From IMG/VR virus record IMGVR_UViG_3300020478_000004, positions 32,001-96,000 of that record: 64,000 nucleotides of DNA, one strand, 5' to 3'. The notes under the pieces were generated by a model. The model saw only the letters and a list, made by a program, of their open reading frames with translations. It had not been told where the DNA came from and searched no databases. The first letter of the stretch is position 1. Each line of letters starts with the position of its first letter. The position numbers were made by a program, and so were the translations under genes. Below are positions 50,020-58,322 of this stretch, piece after piece. This stretch comes from a virus.

Positions 50020-50343
50020 ATGCCTAAGAAGAGAGAAAAACTGGATGACAAAATCAAAGCCCTAGATTCAACAAGAGTTTTTAAAAAAATAACACCGAAG
50101 GGAGACCTTAGCTGGTACGTTAAGTGGACAGCTAGTGTTATTATTTTACAGGGGATGGTGTTAACAAGTATCGGAGGATTAGAACCTTGGAACTTGGTAC
50201 TACACTTTATTGGAGTAACAGGTTGGTTAGTAGTTGGTTTGTTATGGCATGATAGAGCTTTAATTTTTATTAATACAGCGGCCGCAGTTATATTTGGTAC
50301 AGGTATATTAAGAATTATATTGGAGAATTATAATGGCGTTTGA
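50020..50343 (+). CDS. Small membrane protein with about 3 TM helices
   Basis: SWYVKW...WHDRALI; three hydrophobic segments. Confidence 0.6.
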   Translation: MPKKREKLDDKIKALDSTRVFKKITPKGDLSWYVKWTASVIILQGMVLTSIGGLEPWNLVLHFIGVTGWLVVGLLWHDRALIFINTAAAVIFGTGILRIILENYNGV

Positions 50344-50974
50344 TATATTAAGACCTTTTGGTCCTTCAATCTATCATTCAACAATGTCTGATGAGATGTT
50401 AAACACTTGTAAAAAAATTGCAGAAGACAGTCGTAGTGACGGTGCAGATATGCGTCAGAGACTAGCAGGCAATATCGCTAGAGAACGTCGATGGGTAGTT
50501 GACGATGAAGTACAACATACCTTTTATTATCAGTTAAAAGAACATCTTCATAACTTTTCTGAAGCAGAAAATAAAAGATTTCAGAATCAATTAATTAATC
50601 CAGGAGTCATGCCTGATCTTGATAAAATGGAATATCAGTTTATTACTGACCCGTGGATTAATTATCAATTAGCTAACGAGTTTAATCCAATTCATTCTCA
50701 TCATGGACAATATAGTGCAGTCTTATATATTAATGTGCCAGAAGTAATTGCAGAAGAAAATATACACAGCCAAAGTAATATGGCGTGTAGCGGACAAATA
50801 GAATTTGTCGGCGATGCAAGTGATAGAGTAGGAGCAAACGGAACACACAAAATTATTCCGAAGACTGGAGACATATTACTATTTGATGCTAAATTAAAAC
50901 ATTGTGTATATCCGTTTAAAAGTGAAGTAGAAAGAATCAGTATGAGTTTTAATATTGCAGTTAATTTTCAATAA
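50333..50974 (+). CDS. Putative 2OG-Fe(II) oxygenase (TIGR02466-like)
   Basis: NPIHSH, SAVLY, FDAKLKHCVYPF, RISMSFN. Confidence 0.8.
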   Translation: MAFDILRPFGPSIYHSTMSDEMLNTCKKIAEDSRSDGADMRQRLAGNIARERRWVVDDEVQHTFYYQLKEHLHNFSEAENKRFQNQLINPGVMPDLDKMEYQFITDPWINYQLANEFNPIHSHHGQYSAVLYINVPEVIAEENIHSQSNMACSGQIEFVGDASDRVGANGTHKIIPKTGDILLFDAKLKHCVYPFKSEVERISMSFNIAVNFQ

Positions 50975-50985
50975 GGAGGGTGTTT

Positions 50986-51333
50986 ATGTTAGATGGACAT
51001 TTTATAGATCCAGCAGACGCATATGACAATCAGAACATTAAAGATTTTATAATGGTGTATTGTCCTAAATGCCAAGAAAGAGTTGAGTTTCCAATTACTC
51101 ATAGTGGAGCAAATGGAAATTTTTTTCAAGCAATTAATATTCCTGTCGAGATTGCAACTGTTATGAAATGGGATAAGAAAGACGTTTTTTGTGAAAATTG
51201 TAATTTACAATTAGATGTCGAAAAAGAATTCGAACAACCAAAACGTGTCGAATTAAAGGTACGTATAGATTGTTCAGATATGGACCCAGGAATGGATTCA
51301 TGGTATGATGAACACGGAAGAGGATATGATTAA
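50986..51333 (+). CDS. Zinc-binding hypothetical protein
   Basis: CPKC...CENC; AGGAGG SD. Confidence 0.55.
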   Translation: MLDGHFIDPADAYDNQNIKDFIMVYCPKCQERVEFPITHSGANGNFFQAINIPVEIATVMKWDKKDVFCENCNLQLDVEKEFEQPKRVELKVRIDCSDMDPGMDSWYDEHGRGYD

Positions 51334-51342
51334 GGAGAAAAA

Positions 51343-51930
51343 ATGTCGCAATTAATACCGATGGTCGTAGAGTCGACTAACAAAGGCGAACGTGCATATG
51401 ACATTTATAGTAGGCTATTAAAAGATAGAATTATCTTTTTAACAGGACCTATTGATGAGAATGTTGCCGCATCAGTTTGTGCCCAACTACTATTTTTAGA
51501 ATCAGTTAGTAAGGATAAAGATATCTCAATGTACATACAATCGCCAGGAGGATATGTTCATTCTGGATTAGCAATTTATGATACAATGCAATATATTAAA
51601 CCTGATGTAACAACTGTTTGTATAGGTATGGCGGCATCAGCTGGCTCTATGTTATTAATGGCAGGAGCAAAAGGAAAACGTATTGCATTACCTAATAGTA
51701 AAATAATGATTCACCAACCGTCAGGTGGCTTTAAAGGACAAGCAACTGATATGGAGATTCATGTTAAAGATATTATGGAAACGAAAGATCGTTTGAACAA
51801 ACTGTATGCTAAACATACAGGAACAGAACTTAAAGTTATTCAAGATGCTATGGAACGTGATAATTTTATGTTACCTCAGGAGGCAATTGAGTTTGGTCTT
51901 ATTGATCGAATTGAGGAGAATCGTAAGTGA
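51343..51930 (+). CDS. clpP: ATP-dependent Clp protease proteolytic subunit
   Basis: [30 protein letters not shown] (Ser), MIHQP (His), ERD (Asp). Confidence 0.95.
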   Translation: MSQLIPMVVESTNKGERAYDIYSRLLKDRIIFLTGPIDENVAASVCAQLLFLESVSKDKDISMYIQSPGGYVHSGLAIYDTMQYIKPDVTTVCIGMAASAGSMLLMAGAKGKRIALPNSKIMIHQPSGGFKGQATDMEIHVKDIMETKDRLNKLYAKHTGTELKVIQDAMERDNFMLPQEAIEFGLIDRIEENRK

Positions 51931-52910
51931 TAACTTGGGGAATGGTCGGTAATAGTCACGATGCCAGTATAGCAGTTTTTAAAGACGAAACGCTAGTATG
52001 GTCGGCTCTGGCTAAAGACTTTTCTAAAATAGACAACGATCCGCATTTAAATCCAGAACTTATTAATGCCGCCAAACAAGCTGGTGGCTGGCGAGATCCT
52101 GACGAAATTGTATGGTACGAAACACCGTGGCTTAAAACTTTAAGACAATGGTGGGCTGGACAAGGTTGGTTAGGAAAAGAAAATAATATTGAAAAATATT
52201 TAAAACAATGGAATTTAAAATGTCCTATTAAGTATGCTATACATCATCACAGCCATGCCGCCTACGGATGGTACACTAGTGGATTTGAAGATGCTACTAT
52301 ATTAGTTCTAGATAGTATAGGTGAGTTTGAAACATTTACTATATGGCGTGCCACAGATCATCTTAAAAAAATTTATACACAAAGATATCCACATAGTGTT
52401 GGATTATTTTATTCTGCTATGACTCAACGTTTAGGCTTCAAAGCAAACAGAGATGAATATAAAGTTGCTGAACTAGGTGCTCCTATTAGAACTGAAGAAA
52501 ATTTACACTTAATAAATGACATGGTAGAAACTTTCGTTGAACCTGAATTAGGTGGAGAAATGCCTGGAGTTCATTTCAAAGTTAATATGCATAAAGGGTG
52601 TGATTGGTATAAACCTGAATTAACATCAGATATGGATTTGGCAAGACTTGCAAATGCAACACAATTTGTATTTGAATTAATGCTCAAATCAAATAGTAAA
52701 TGGTGTTTAAAACATCTTCCAAGTCGTAATCTTATTATTACAGGCGGATGTGCATTGAATAAACAAGCGGTTAATTTAATTCAAAAAGAATGGGATAATA
52801 TTTGGGTACCACCAAATCCAGGCGACCCTGGATCATGTATTGGAGCAGTATTATCAAGAACAAAAAAACATATTGACTTTAACCCTAAAGTATGGTATAA
52901 TAATAACTAA
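51927..52910 (+). CDS. Carbamoyltransferase (NodU/CmcH) N-terminal Kae1-like domain only
   Basis: HDAS, HHHSHAA, LDSIGE, SVGLFY, EYKV, TGGCALN, PNPGDPG; no C-terminal YrdC-like domain. Confidence 0.8.
   Translation: MITWGMVGNSHDASIAVFKDETLVWSALAKDFSKIDNDPHLNPELINAAKQAGGWRDPDEIVWYETPWLKTLRQWWAGQGWLGKENNIEKYLKQWNLKCPIKYAIHHHSHAAYGWYTSGFEDATILVLDSIGEFETFTIWRATDHLKKIYTQRYPHSVGLFYSAMTQRLGFKANRDEYKVAELGAPIRTEENLHLINDMVETFVEPELGGEMPGVHFKVNMHKGCDWYKPELTSDMDLARLANATQFVFELMLKSNSKWCLKHLPSRNLIITGGCALNKQAVNLIQKEWDNIWVPPNPGDPGSCIGAVLSRTKKHIDFNPKVWYNNN
52873..52901 (+). promoter_or_regulatory. Sigma70 promoter TTGACT-N17-TATAAT (TGn extended) for the helicase gene
   Basis: Lies inside the 3' end of the upstream CDS; ATG 8 nt after the -10 box. 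Confidence 0.75.
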
Positions 52911-54346
52911 TGGCTACAAAACAAAATATAGATTACGGATATAATATACAAAAAACTTATCTAGAAATTATGTTAAGTGATGCACAAACTTTTGTGCGTT
53001 GTCAAGGCATATTCGATCCATCTTTATTTGATCGTAAGTTACAAAGTACTGCACAATTTTTACAAGACTTTGTTGCTGAACATAACGTATTGCCAACACA
53101 AGACATTATAAACAGTTCTTGTGATGTAAAATTAGAACCTTCTAAAGATTTAAATGAACAACATTATGATTGGTTATTAAATGACTTTGAAACTTTTTGT
53201 AGACATAAAAGTTTAGAGAAAGCTATACTTGAAAGTGCTGACTTATTAGAAAAAGGCGAGTATGGACCAGTAGAAGATTTAGTTAAGAAAGCAGTACAAA
53301 TAGGTTTACAAAAAGACCTAGGTATTGATTATTTTAAAAGTCCTAAAGAAAGATTACTAGCATTAAAAGATAATAACGGACAAGTAAGTACAGGTTGGGA
53401 AACATTAGATAAAAAATTATTTGGTGGCTTTAACAAAGGTGAACTTAATATATTTGCAGGTGGTTCAGGTGCAGGTAAATCTTTGTTCTTAGCTAACATG
53501 GGTGTTAACTGGGTACTACAAGGACTTAATGTTGTATACTTAACATTAGAACTTTCTGAGTCATTAGTTGCTATGCGTTTAGATAGTATGATGACTGAAA
53601 TACCAACTAGGGAAATATTTAAAGACTTAGATGGTGTTGAAATGAAAGTTAGACTAGTAGGTAAAAAAGCAGGAAACTTTCAAATTAAGTATATGCCAAG
53701 TGGTAAAAATGCAAACGATATTAGAAGCTTTGTTAAAGAATATGAAATTAAAACAGGACATAAAATTGATGTACTGTTAGTAGATTATTTAGATTTATTA
53801 ATGCCGTTAAGTAAAAAAGTATCACCTAGTGATTTATATGTTAAAGATAAATTTGTATCAGAAGAACTAAGAAATTTATCAATGGAATTAGGAATTATAT
53901 TTGTAACTGCATCACAGTTAAACAGACAAAGTGTTGAAGAAATAGAATTTGATCACTCACATATAGCAGGTGGTTTAAGTAAAATCCAAACAGCAGATAA
54001 TGTTATAGGGATCTTTACAAGTAGGGCTATGCGTGAACGTGGACGTTATCAAGTACAGTTAATGAAAACTAGATCATCAAGTGGTATAGGAAGTAAAATT
54101 GATTTAATGTTTGACATTGATAGTTTACGTATTTCAGACTTAGATGAAGAAGAATCATATAGTTCTAGTAGTAGTAATTCTCCTATATTAGCAGGACTTA
54201 AGAAAACAACTACAGTAAGTGATGCACCTGAAGAAATAAAAGAACCAGACGAAGGTAAACCTATACCTAAGATTCATGCAGAAACAGATTCTACAAAATT
54301 AAGAGAGTTTTTAAATAATCTTAATACAGAAAAAGACTCAGACTAG
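52910..54346 (+). CDS. Replicative DnaB-like helicase (T4 gp41-like)
   Basis: GGSGAGKS, LELSE, VDYLDL, TASQLNR, MKTR. Confidence 0.92.
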   Translation: MATKQNIDYGYNIQKTYLEIMLSDAQTFVRCQGIFDPSLFDRKLQSTAQFLQDFVAEHNVLPTQDIINSSCDVKLEPSKDLNEQHYDWLLNDFETFCRHKSLEKAILESADLLEKGEYGPVEDLVKKAVQIGLQKDLGIDYFKSPKERLLALKDNNGQVSTGWETLDKKLFGGFNKGELNIFAGGSGAGKSLFLANMGVNWVLQGLNVVYLTLELSESLVAMRLDSMMTEIPTREIFKDLDGVEMKVRLVGKKAGNFQIKYMPSGKNANDIRSFVKEYEIKTGHKIDVLLVDYLDLLMPLSKKVSPSDLYVKDKFVSEELRNLSMELGIIFVTASQLNRQSVEEIEFDHSHIAGGLSKIQTADNVIGIFTSRAMRERGRYQVQLMKTRSSSGIGSKIDLMFDIDSLRISDLDEEESYSSSSSNSPILAGLKKTTTVSDAPEEIKEPDEGKPIPKIHAETDSTKLREFLNNLNTEKDSD

Positions 54347-54357
54347 GAGCTCTTACC

Positions 54358-55158
54358 ATGAGAACTTTACATATCTTTGGCGATAGTTTTACAGAACCAT
54401 TCGAAGAAGATTGGGTATGGACTAAACAATTAGCCACTAAATTAAAAGTTGAAGCATTACGTAATCACTCGTGTATTGGTGTTAGCAATGATTGGATCTT
54501 TTCAAACATTCGTACAGCAATACTTGAACAACGTTTACGAAAAGATGATATAGCTGTTGTAGTAATAACATCTCCCTACCGGTATTGGTTCTTTGAAGAC
54601 AAACCTGAACTATCTAATTATATGATTACTAACTGGGATGAATTTGCTACAGAAACAGATAAATCTATAGTTGATGCTGTCAAAGGCTATGTTAATCATA
54701 TACAAAGAGACGATTTAGATCAGATTAGGACAGAATTCCAAGTAGGTTGGCTTAAACAAATGCGTAATCAAATTGGATTTAATTTGTTATTAATTCCTGG
54801 ATTTGCTATGACTATTGACTTTAGCGGTATTCCTGAAGTGCTAGGAGACTTAACAGGATCAGTATCTAATGCAGAATTTGTCAGTCCTAAAGATGATACT
54901 CTTTGGTATAGGCAAGGTATTGATACTCGCTATAATCATTTATGTAAAGACAATCACGAAATACTAGCTGATAAGTGTGTACATACTTTATTAACTAATA
55001 ATCCTTTAGATTTATGTGTAGGATTTAAACGACATTTTTTAAGAGCTGACGAAAGAAATACTAATAAACAAGTCGGATCTAGTTTAATTAAAAAATCTCA
55101 AAAATTAAAAGTAGAGTCGCTTAGGCGCACCAATACAAAACACTGGTTAAAAGAATAA
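54358..55158 (+). CDS. SGNH-hydrolase-like protein
   Basis: FGDSFT, G.SN, NHL...H..LAD. Confidence 0.55.
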   Translation: MRTLHIFGDSFTEPFEEDWVWTKQLATKLKVEALRNHSCIGVSNDWIFSNIRTAILEQRLRKDDIAVVVITSPYRYWFFEDKPELSNYMITNWDEFATETDKSIVDAVKGYVNHIQRDDLDQIRTEFQVGWLKQMRNQIGFNLLLIPGFAMTIDFSGIPEVLGDLTGSVSNAEFVSPKDDTLWYRQGIDTRYNHLCKDNHEILADKCVHTLLTNNPLDLCVGFKRHFLRADERNTNKQVGSSLIKKSQKLKVESLRRTNTKHWLKE

Positions 55159-55169
55159 GTAATACTATC

Positions 55170-55664
55170 ATGAGAATTATAGATAACTTTCGAGACTGGA
55201 TTAATCCACAATGGATTGAACATTGTACAGAAGTTAAAGGATTAAAACAAGAAGGTAATAAAGGAATTGACCATGTTCCATTCGAAGGCTTTGAGTGGGA
55301 ATTGTACGATAGGCATAATACAAATTTTAATGTAGCACCACCATTTGATTTTGGTACACATAATTGGGATTGGTGGATTAAAAAATTATTACCTAGTGAC
55401 GGATTTCCAGTAGTAACATTAACTGAATCAACTAGACGTCTTTGGATGCCTTTAACTGACTATGAAATGGGGCATATTTTTATATACGACGAAAGAATGA
55501 TAGCTCCATATCTAGCTGGTGATTTATTTGAGTTTGAGCATAATGCTCCTTATGCCGCAGTTAATTTAGGTACTACACCTTTCTATATGATGATGTTTTC
55601 TGTTAGCAAAAAACAACAATGGGACAGCGGCAAAGTCCACGGCATAAGTAACCTTCACGAATAA
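55170..55664 (+). CDS. Degenerate cupin/2OG-oxygenase-like hypothetical protein
   Basis: R.WMPL.DY..GHIF...GDLFEF...AAVNLG; metal-binding His residues absent. Confidence 0.45.
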   Translation: MRIIDNFRDWINPQWIEHCTEVKGLKQEGNKGIDHVPFEGFEWELYDRHNTNFNVAPPFDFGTHNWDWWIKKLLPSDGFPVVTLTESTRRLWMPLTDYEMGHIFIYDERMIAPYLAGDLFEFEHNAPYAAVNLGTTPFYMMMFSVSKKQQWDSGKVHGISNLHE

Positions 55665-55672
55665 ATCATAAG

Positions 55673-55740
55673 ATAAATATACAGACGTAACGTGCAGTTT
55701 CAGACGTAATTCCTGAACTGGAATAAACGCTGTATAAGGA
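55673..55740 (+). promoter_or_regulatory. Late promoter followed by a structured 5' leader
   Basis: ATAAATA at 55673-55679; stems TATACAG/CTGTATA and CAGTTTCAG/CTGAACTG; AAGGA SD at 55736-55740. Confidence 0.5.
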
Positions 55741-55746
55741 TAATAC

Positions 55747-56091
55747 TTGAAACTCTGTTCGATCATAATAATGTCGATGTTACTCCTTCAAGGGTGTGCG
55801 TTGATTCCCTGGCAAATATCCGTAGCTCTACAAACCGCTGATGTTATATCCGCATCATCTTCAAATAAGACTTTAGTTGAACATGGAATGAGTAGTATAA
55901 CAGGACAGGATTGTCAATGGTATAGATTACTAGATGGTGCAGAAATATGTATGACTCAAGAAGAAGAAATAGCATACCTTAAAGAACATAAGTGCAAAGT
56001 TCATGCTTGGAACATATTAGCTATTCCATACTGTAAAGATTTATTACTACCTATTCAAAATCCTATGTTACCTACGCCTACTCTAGAATAA
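55747..56091 (+). CDS. Putative lipoprotein
   Basis: TTG start with SD; hydrophobic signal peptide and lipobox LQGC. Confidence 0.65.
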   Translation: MKLCSIIIMSMLLLQGCALIPWQISVALQTADVISASSSNKTLVEHGMSSITGQDCQWYRLLDGAEICMTQEEEIAYLKEHKCKVHAWNILAIPYCKDLLLPIQNPMLPTPTLE

Positions 56092-56188
56092 GAAAGACGA
56101 ACACGACACTATTCGGACATGGCCGCAAAATCATGTTCAAACCATTAAGACACCGCTTTTTATATCATTTGATAAATACTACTTTAGT

Positions 56189-56461
56189 ATGCCGAGAGAA
56201 CTCTTAAATACTAAAAACCACAAAACACCAACACATACCATCTCCAATACACAATATCAAGACGTAGAATTAGTCAAACTTATGACTGAAGCATTAACGA
56301 ATAAGAACAAGTATACTGTTCGTGTAGAAGGTTGGAATATAGAGTACAAACGGCATTGGACCTCTAGCATTAACAGTATCACTAATTGGGACAATTTAAA
56401 CTTTAATTACAACCAAAAAGCTGATACATTTGTCTTTCAACATAGGAGCAACGGACAATGA
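56189..56461 (+). CDS. Asn-rich 90-aa ORF coupled to the aaRS-like gene
   Basis: ATAAATA at 56172-56178; 13 Asn in 90 aa; ATGA overlap with the next gene. Confidence 0.55.
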   Translation: MPRELLNTKNHKTPTHTISNTQYQDVELVKLMTEALTNKNKYTVRVEGWNIEYKRHWTSSINSITNWDNLNFNYNQKADTFVFQHRSNGQ

Positions 56462-57372
56462 CCCAACTAATTAACCCACAAGCCTTTACCGAAACTGTCG
56501 GCCGTTTACGGTCGTTTTTTTTGGACAAGGGATTTTACGAAGTACACACTCAAAACAGATTAAGCATACTAGCCGCTTGTGAAGACCCGTTTAACGTAGC
56601 AACATACAATTACGCAGACCAAGTATGGCCTTTACCCCAAACAGGCCAGATGTGGCTTGAACACGAATTATTAAGTAGCCCCTCTTCGAAGGGGTTTTTT
56701 TGTGTCTCCACATCCTATAGGCAGGAACCAAATGCAATACCAGGAAGACATGATATCATCTTTCCAATGTTTGAATTTGAGATGCCTGGTGATATAGATG
56801 ACCTTAAGAAGATGGAGTATGAATTATGTGAACACTTGGGCTTTAAAAAGCCTACTGAAAAAACTTATGCTGAATGGCAAAAGCATTACGGTCATGCTGA
56901 AGACTATGAAATGACTGCGGAAGAAGAAACCAAGATGCACCAAGAGTTTGGTACAACCATGATAACAGACTTTCCTGAAATGACATCACCTTTTTGGAAC
57001 ATGAGTAGAAATGATGATGGCAAAACTGCAAAGAAGATAGATGTTATACTAGGTGGTATGGAAACAATAGGAAGTGCGGAACGTTCATGCGATGTAGAAA
57101 TGATGCGTGATACATTCCATAGCATTACAGACGGAGAGTACAGTAAGCTACTTTATAAACTGTTCAGTCAGGAACGTGTTGAAGCAGAGCTAGAAAAGTT
57201 TCTAGAGTTTGACTTCTTTCCGAGAGTTGGTGGCGGAATAGGATTAACTCGTTTGTTAAGAGCAGTTGAAGATTATAAAAGTAAAAAAGTAAAAACTGAT
57301 GATGACCGTGAAATTTTATATAATAAACGCCGAGAGATGAATAGGCAAAGCGTACACGGAATACTTCAATAA
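56458..57372 (+). CDS. Stand-alone class IIb aaRS catalytic domain (AsnRS/AspRS paralogue, like archaeal-type asparagine synthetase A)
   Basis: Motif 1 (LRSFF..GF.EV.T), motif 2 (SYRQE...RH...F.MFEFEM), ETIGSAER, motif 3 (GGGIGLTRLL); no OB-fold anticodon domain. Confidence 0.82.
   Translation: MTQLINPQAFTETVGRLRSFFLDKGFYEVHTQNRLSILAACEDPFNVATYNYADQVWPLPQTGQMWLEHELLSSPSSKGFFCVSTSYRQEPNAIPGRHDIIFPMFEFEMPGDIDDLKKMEYELCEHLGFKKPTEKTYAEWQKHYGHAEDYEMTAEEETKMHQEFGTTMITDFPEMTSPFWNMSRNDDGKTAKKIDVILGGMETIGSAERSCDVEMMRDTFHSITDGEYSKLLYKLFSQERVEAELEKFLEFDFFPRVGGGIGLTRLLRAVEDYKSKKVKTDDDREILYNKRREMNRQSVHGILQ
56499..56522 (+). terminator. Intragenic terminator-like hairpin 1
   Basis: CGGCCG-TTTA-CGGTCG followed by T8. 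Confidence 0.5.
56677..56701 (+). terminator. Intragenic terminator-like hairpin 2
   Basis: AGCCCCT-CTTCGA-AGGGG followed by T7. Confidence 0.55.
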
Positions 57373-57378
57373 GGCTTT

Positions 57379-57465
57379 TCCGGGGTGGTGGAAACGGTAG
57401 ACACGATAGCCTGTTTAGCTATTGCTTGGGAGAGCGTGAAGGTTCGAATCCTTCCCCCGGAGCCA
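57379..57465 (+). tRNA. Atypical tRNA with anticodon GTT (Asn), long variable arm and encoded CCA
   Basis: Acceptor TCCGGGG/CCCCGGA, G73, CCA; D arm GTGGAAACGGTAGACAC; anticodon arm ATAGC-CTGTTTA-GCTAT; 15-nt variable region; T arm GAAGG-TTCGAAT-CCTTC. Confidence 0.9.
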
Positions 57466-57625
57466 CTGGTCTTGTAAGATGATCTAGTGTGATTGTTTGA
57501 TGTAGAGGGATCATAGTAGTATCTCCCTCTGAATTAATATTTTTAGGCTTTGCTTGATATTTAAGTTTTTTAGCCAACTTCTTTTGTTGTCTCATTATAT
57601 GTCTATCAGAATGTTTAGCCATCAC
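57419..57625 (-). CDS. Possible small basic protein whose 3' end runs antisense through the tRNA
   Basis: Overlaps the stop of the upstream minus-strand gene; doubtful. Confidence 0.3.
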   Translation of the reverse strand: MMAKHSDRHIMRQQKKLAKKLKYQAKPKNINSEGDTTMIPLHQTITLDHLTRPVAPGEGFEPSRSPKQ

Positions 57626-58322
57626 TTGTCTCTATATAAGCCCATACCTTTTTAAGTAATTTTTTTATTACAGGATGGTTAGTATCAAAATCAAATGCCG
57701 CAAAATATCCAAATAAGTTAGGTGATAATAATTTTTCTTTGTCTCTATATTGTGCAGTTTTTCCTGCCATACGTAATAAAGTAAGAGCAGTTTCTTTATC
57801 TGTTTTACGTACTAATTCACTAGCAATATTTTTAGCATACGCTTCTATTTCATCGTCATTACCTAAGTATTCTCTAGTTCGTCTTATTTTATCAGATAAT
57901 CCTTTTTTAGGTTTAAACTCACGTTGCTTTTTAAACCCTCTACCTCGATATTGGCTTTGATGAATTAACTCGTGTTCTAATACATCAATGATTCTATTCT
58001 TAATATTTTCAACACCTTCAGGACTAAAAGCAATTGTTTTATCTTCTTTAGAAAATATTAATTCAATTTCAAAATGTTCAAAGCCTTCTTGGTCATCAAT
58101 AGGATCATATGAAGCATTCATATTCATATCTCCTACTTCTACATTTTTAGAACGTAGAACATTTACTTCGTCAACTCCAATAGGTTTGGTATCAATTTCT
58201 AATTTTTTAGCAATATCTTTAAGGGGGATTTCTTCACCTGATGCTATAAATGTAAGGAACGGAGCAAGAGACTTTTCAATCTCTTTACGACTTGCAGGTT
58301 TTGTAAACTCCATTATTAACAT
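57615..58322 (-). CDS. HExxH zincin-like protein
   Basis: VLEHELIHQSQY...EIEAYA. Confidence 0.6.
   Translation of the reverse strand: MLIMEFTKPASRKEIEKSLAPFLTFIASGEEIPLKDIAKKLEIDTKPIGVDEVNVLRSKNVEVGDMNMNASYDPIDDQEGFEHFEIELIFSKEDKTIAFSPEGVENIKNRIIDVLEHELIHQSQYRGRGFKKQREFKPKKGLSDKIRRTREYLGNDDEIEAYAKNIASELVRKTDKETALTLLRMAGKTAQYRDKEKLLSPNLFGYFAAFDFDTNHPVIKKLLKKVWAYIETSDG

Noticed and set aside
22077-54346. Inteins or introns in terminase, UvsX, UvsW, primase or helicase
   Set aside because: Lengths are normal, motifs are contiguous and no splice-junction signatures are visible.
56458-57372. Ordinary complete asparaginyl-tRNA synthetase
   Set aside because: It lacks the N-terminal anticodon-binding domain, and the upstream ORF does not resemble an OB fold by eye.
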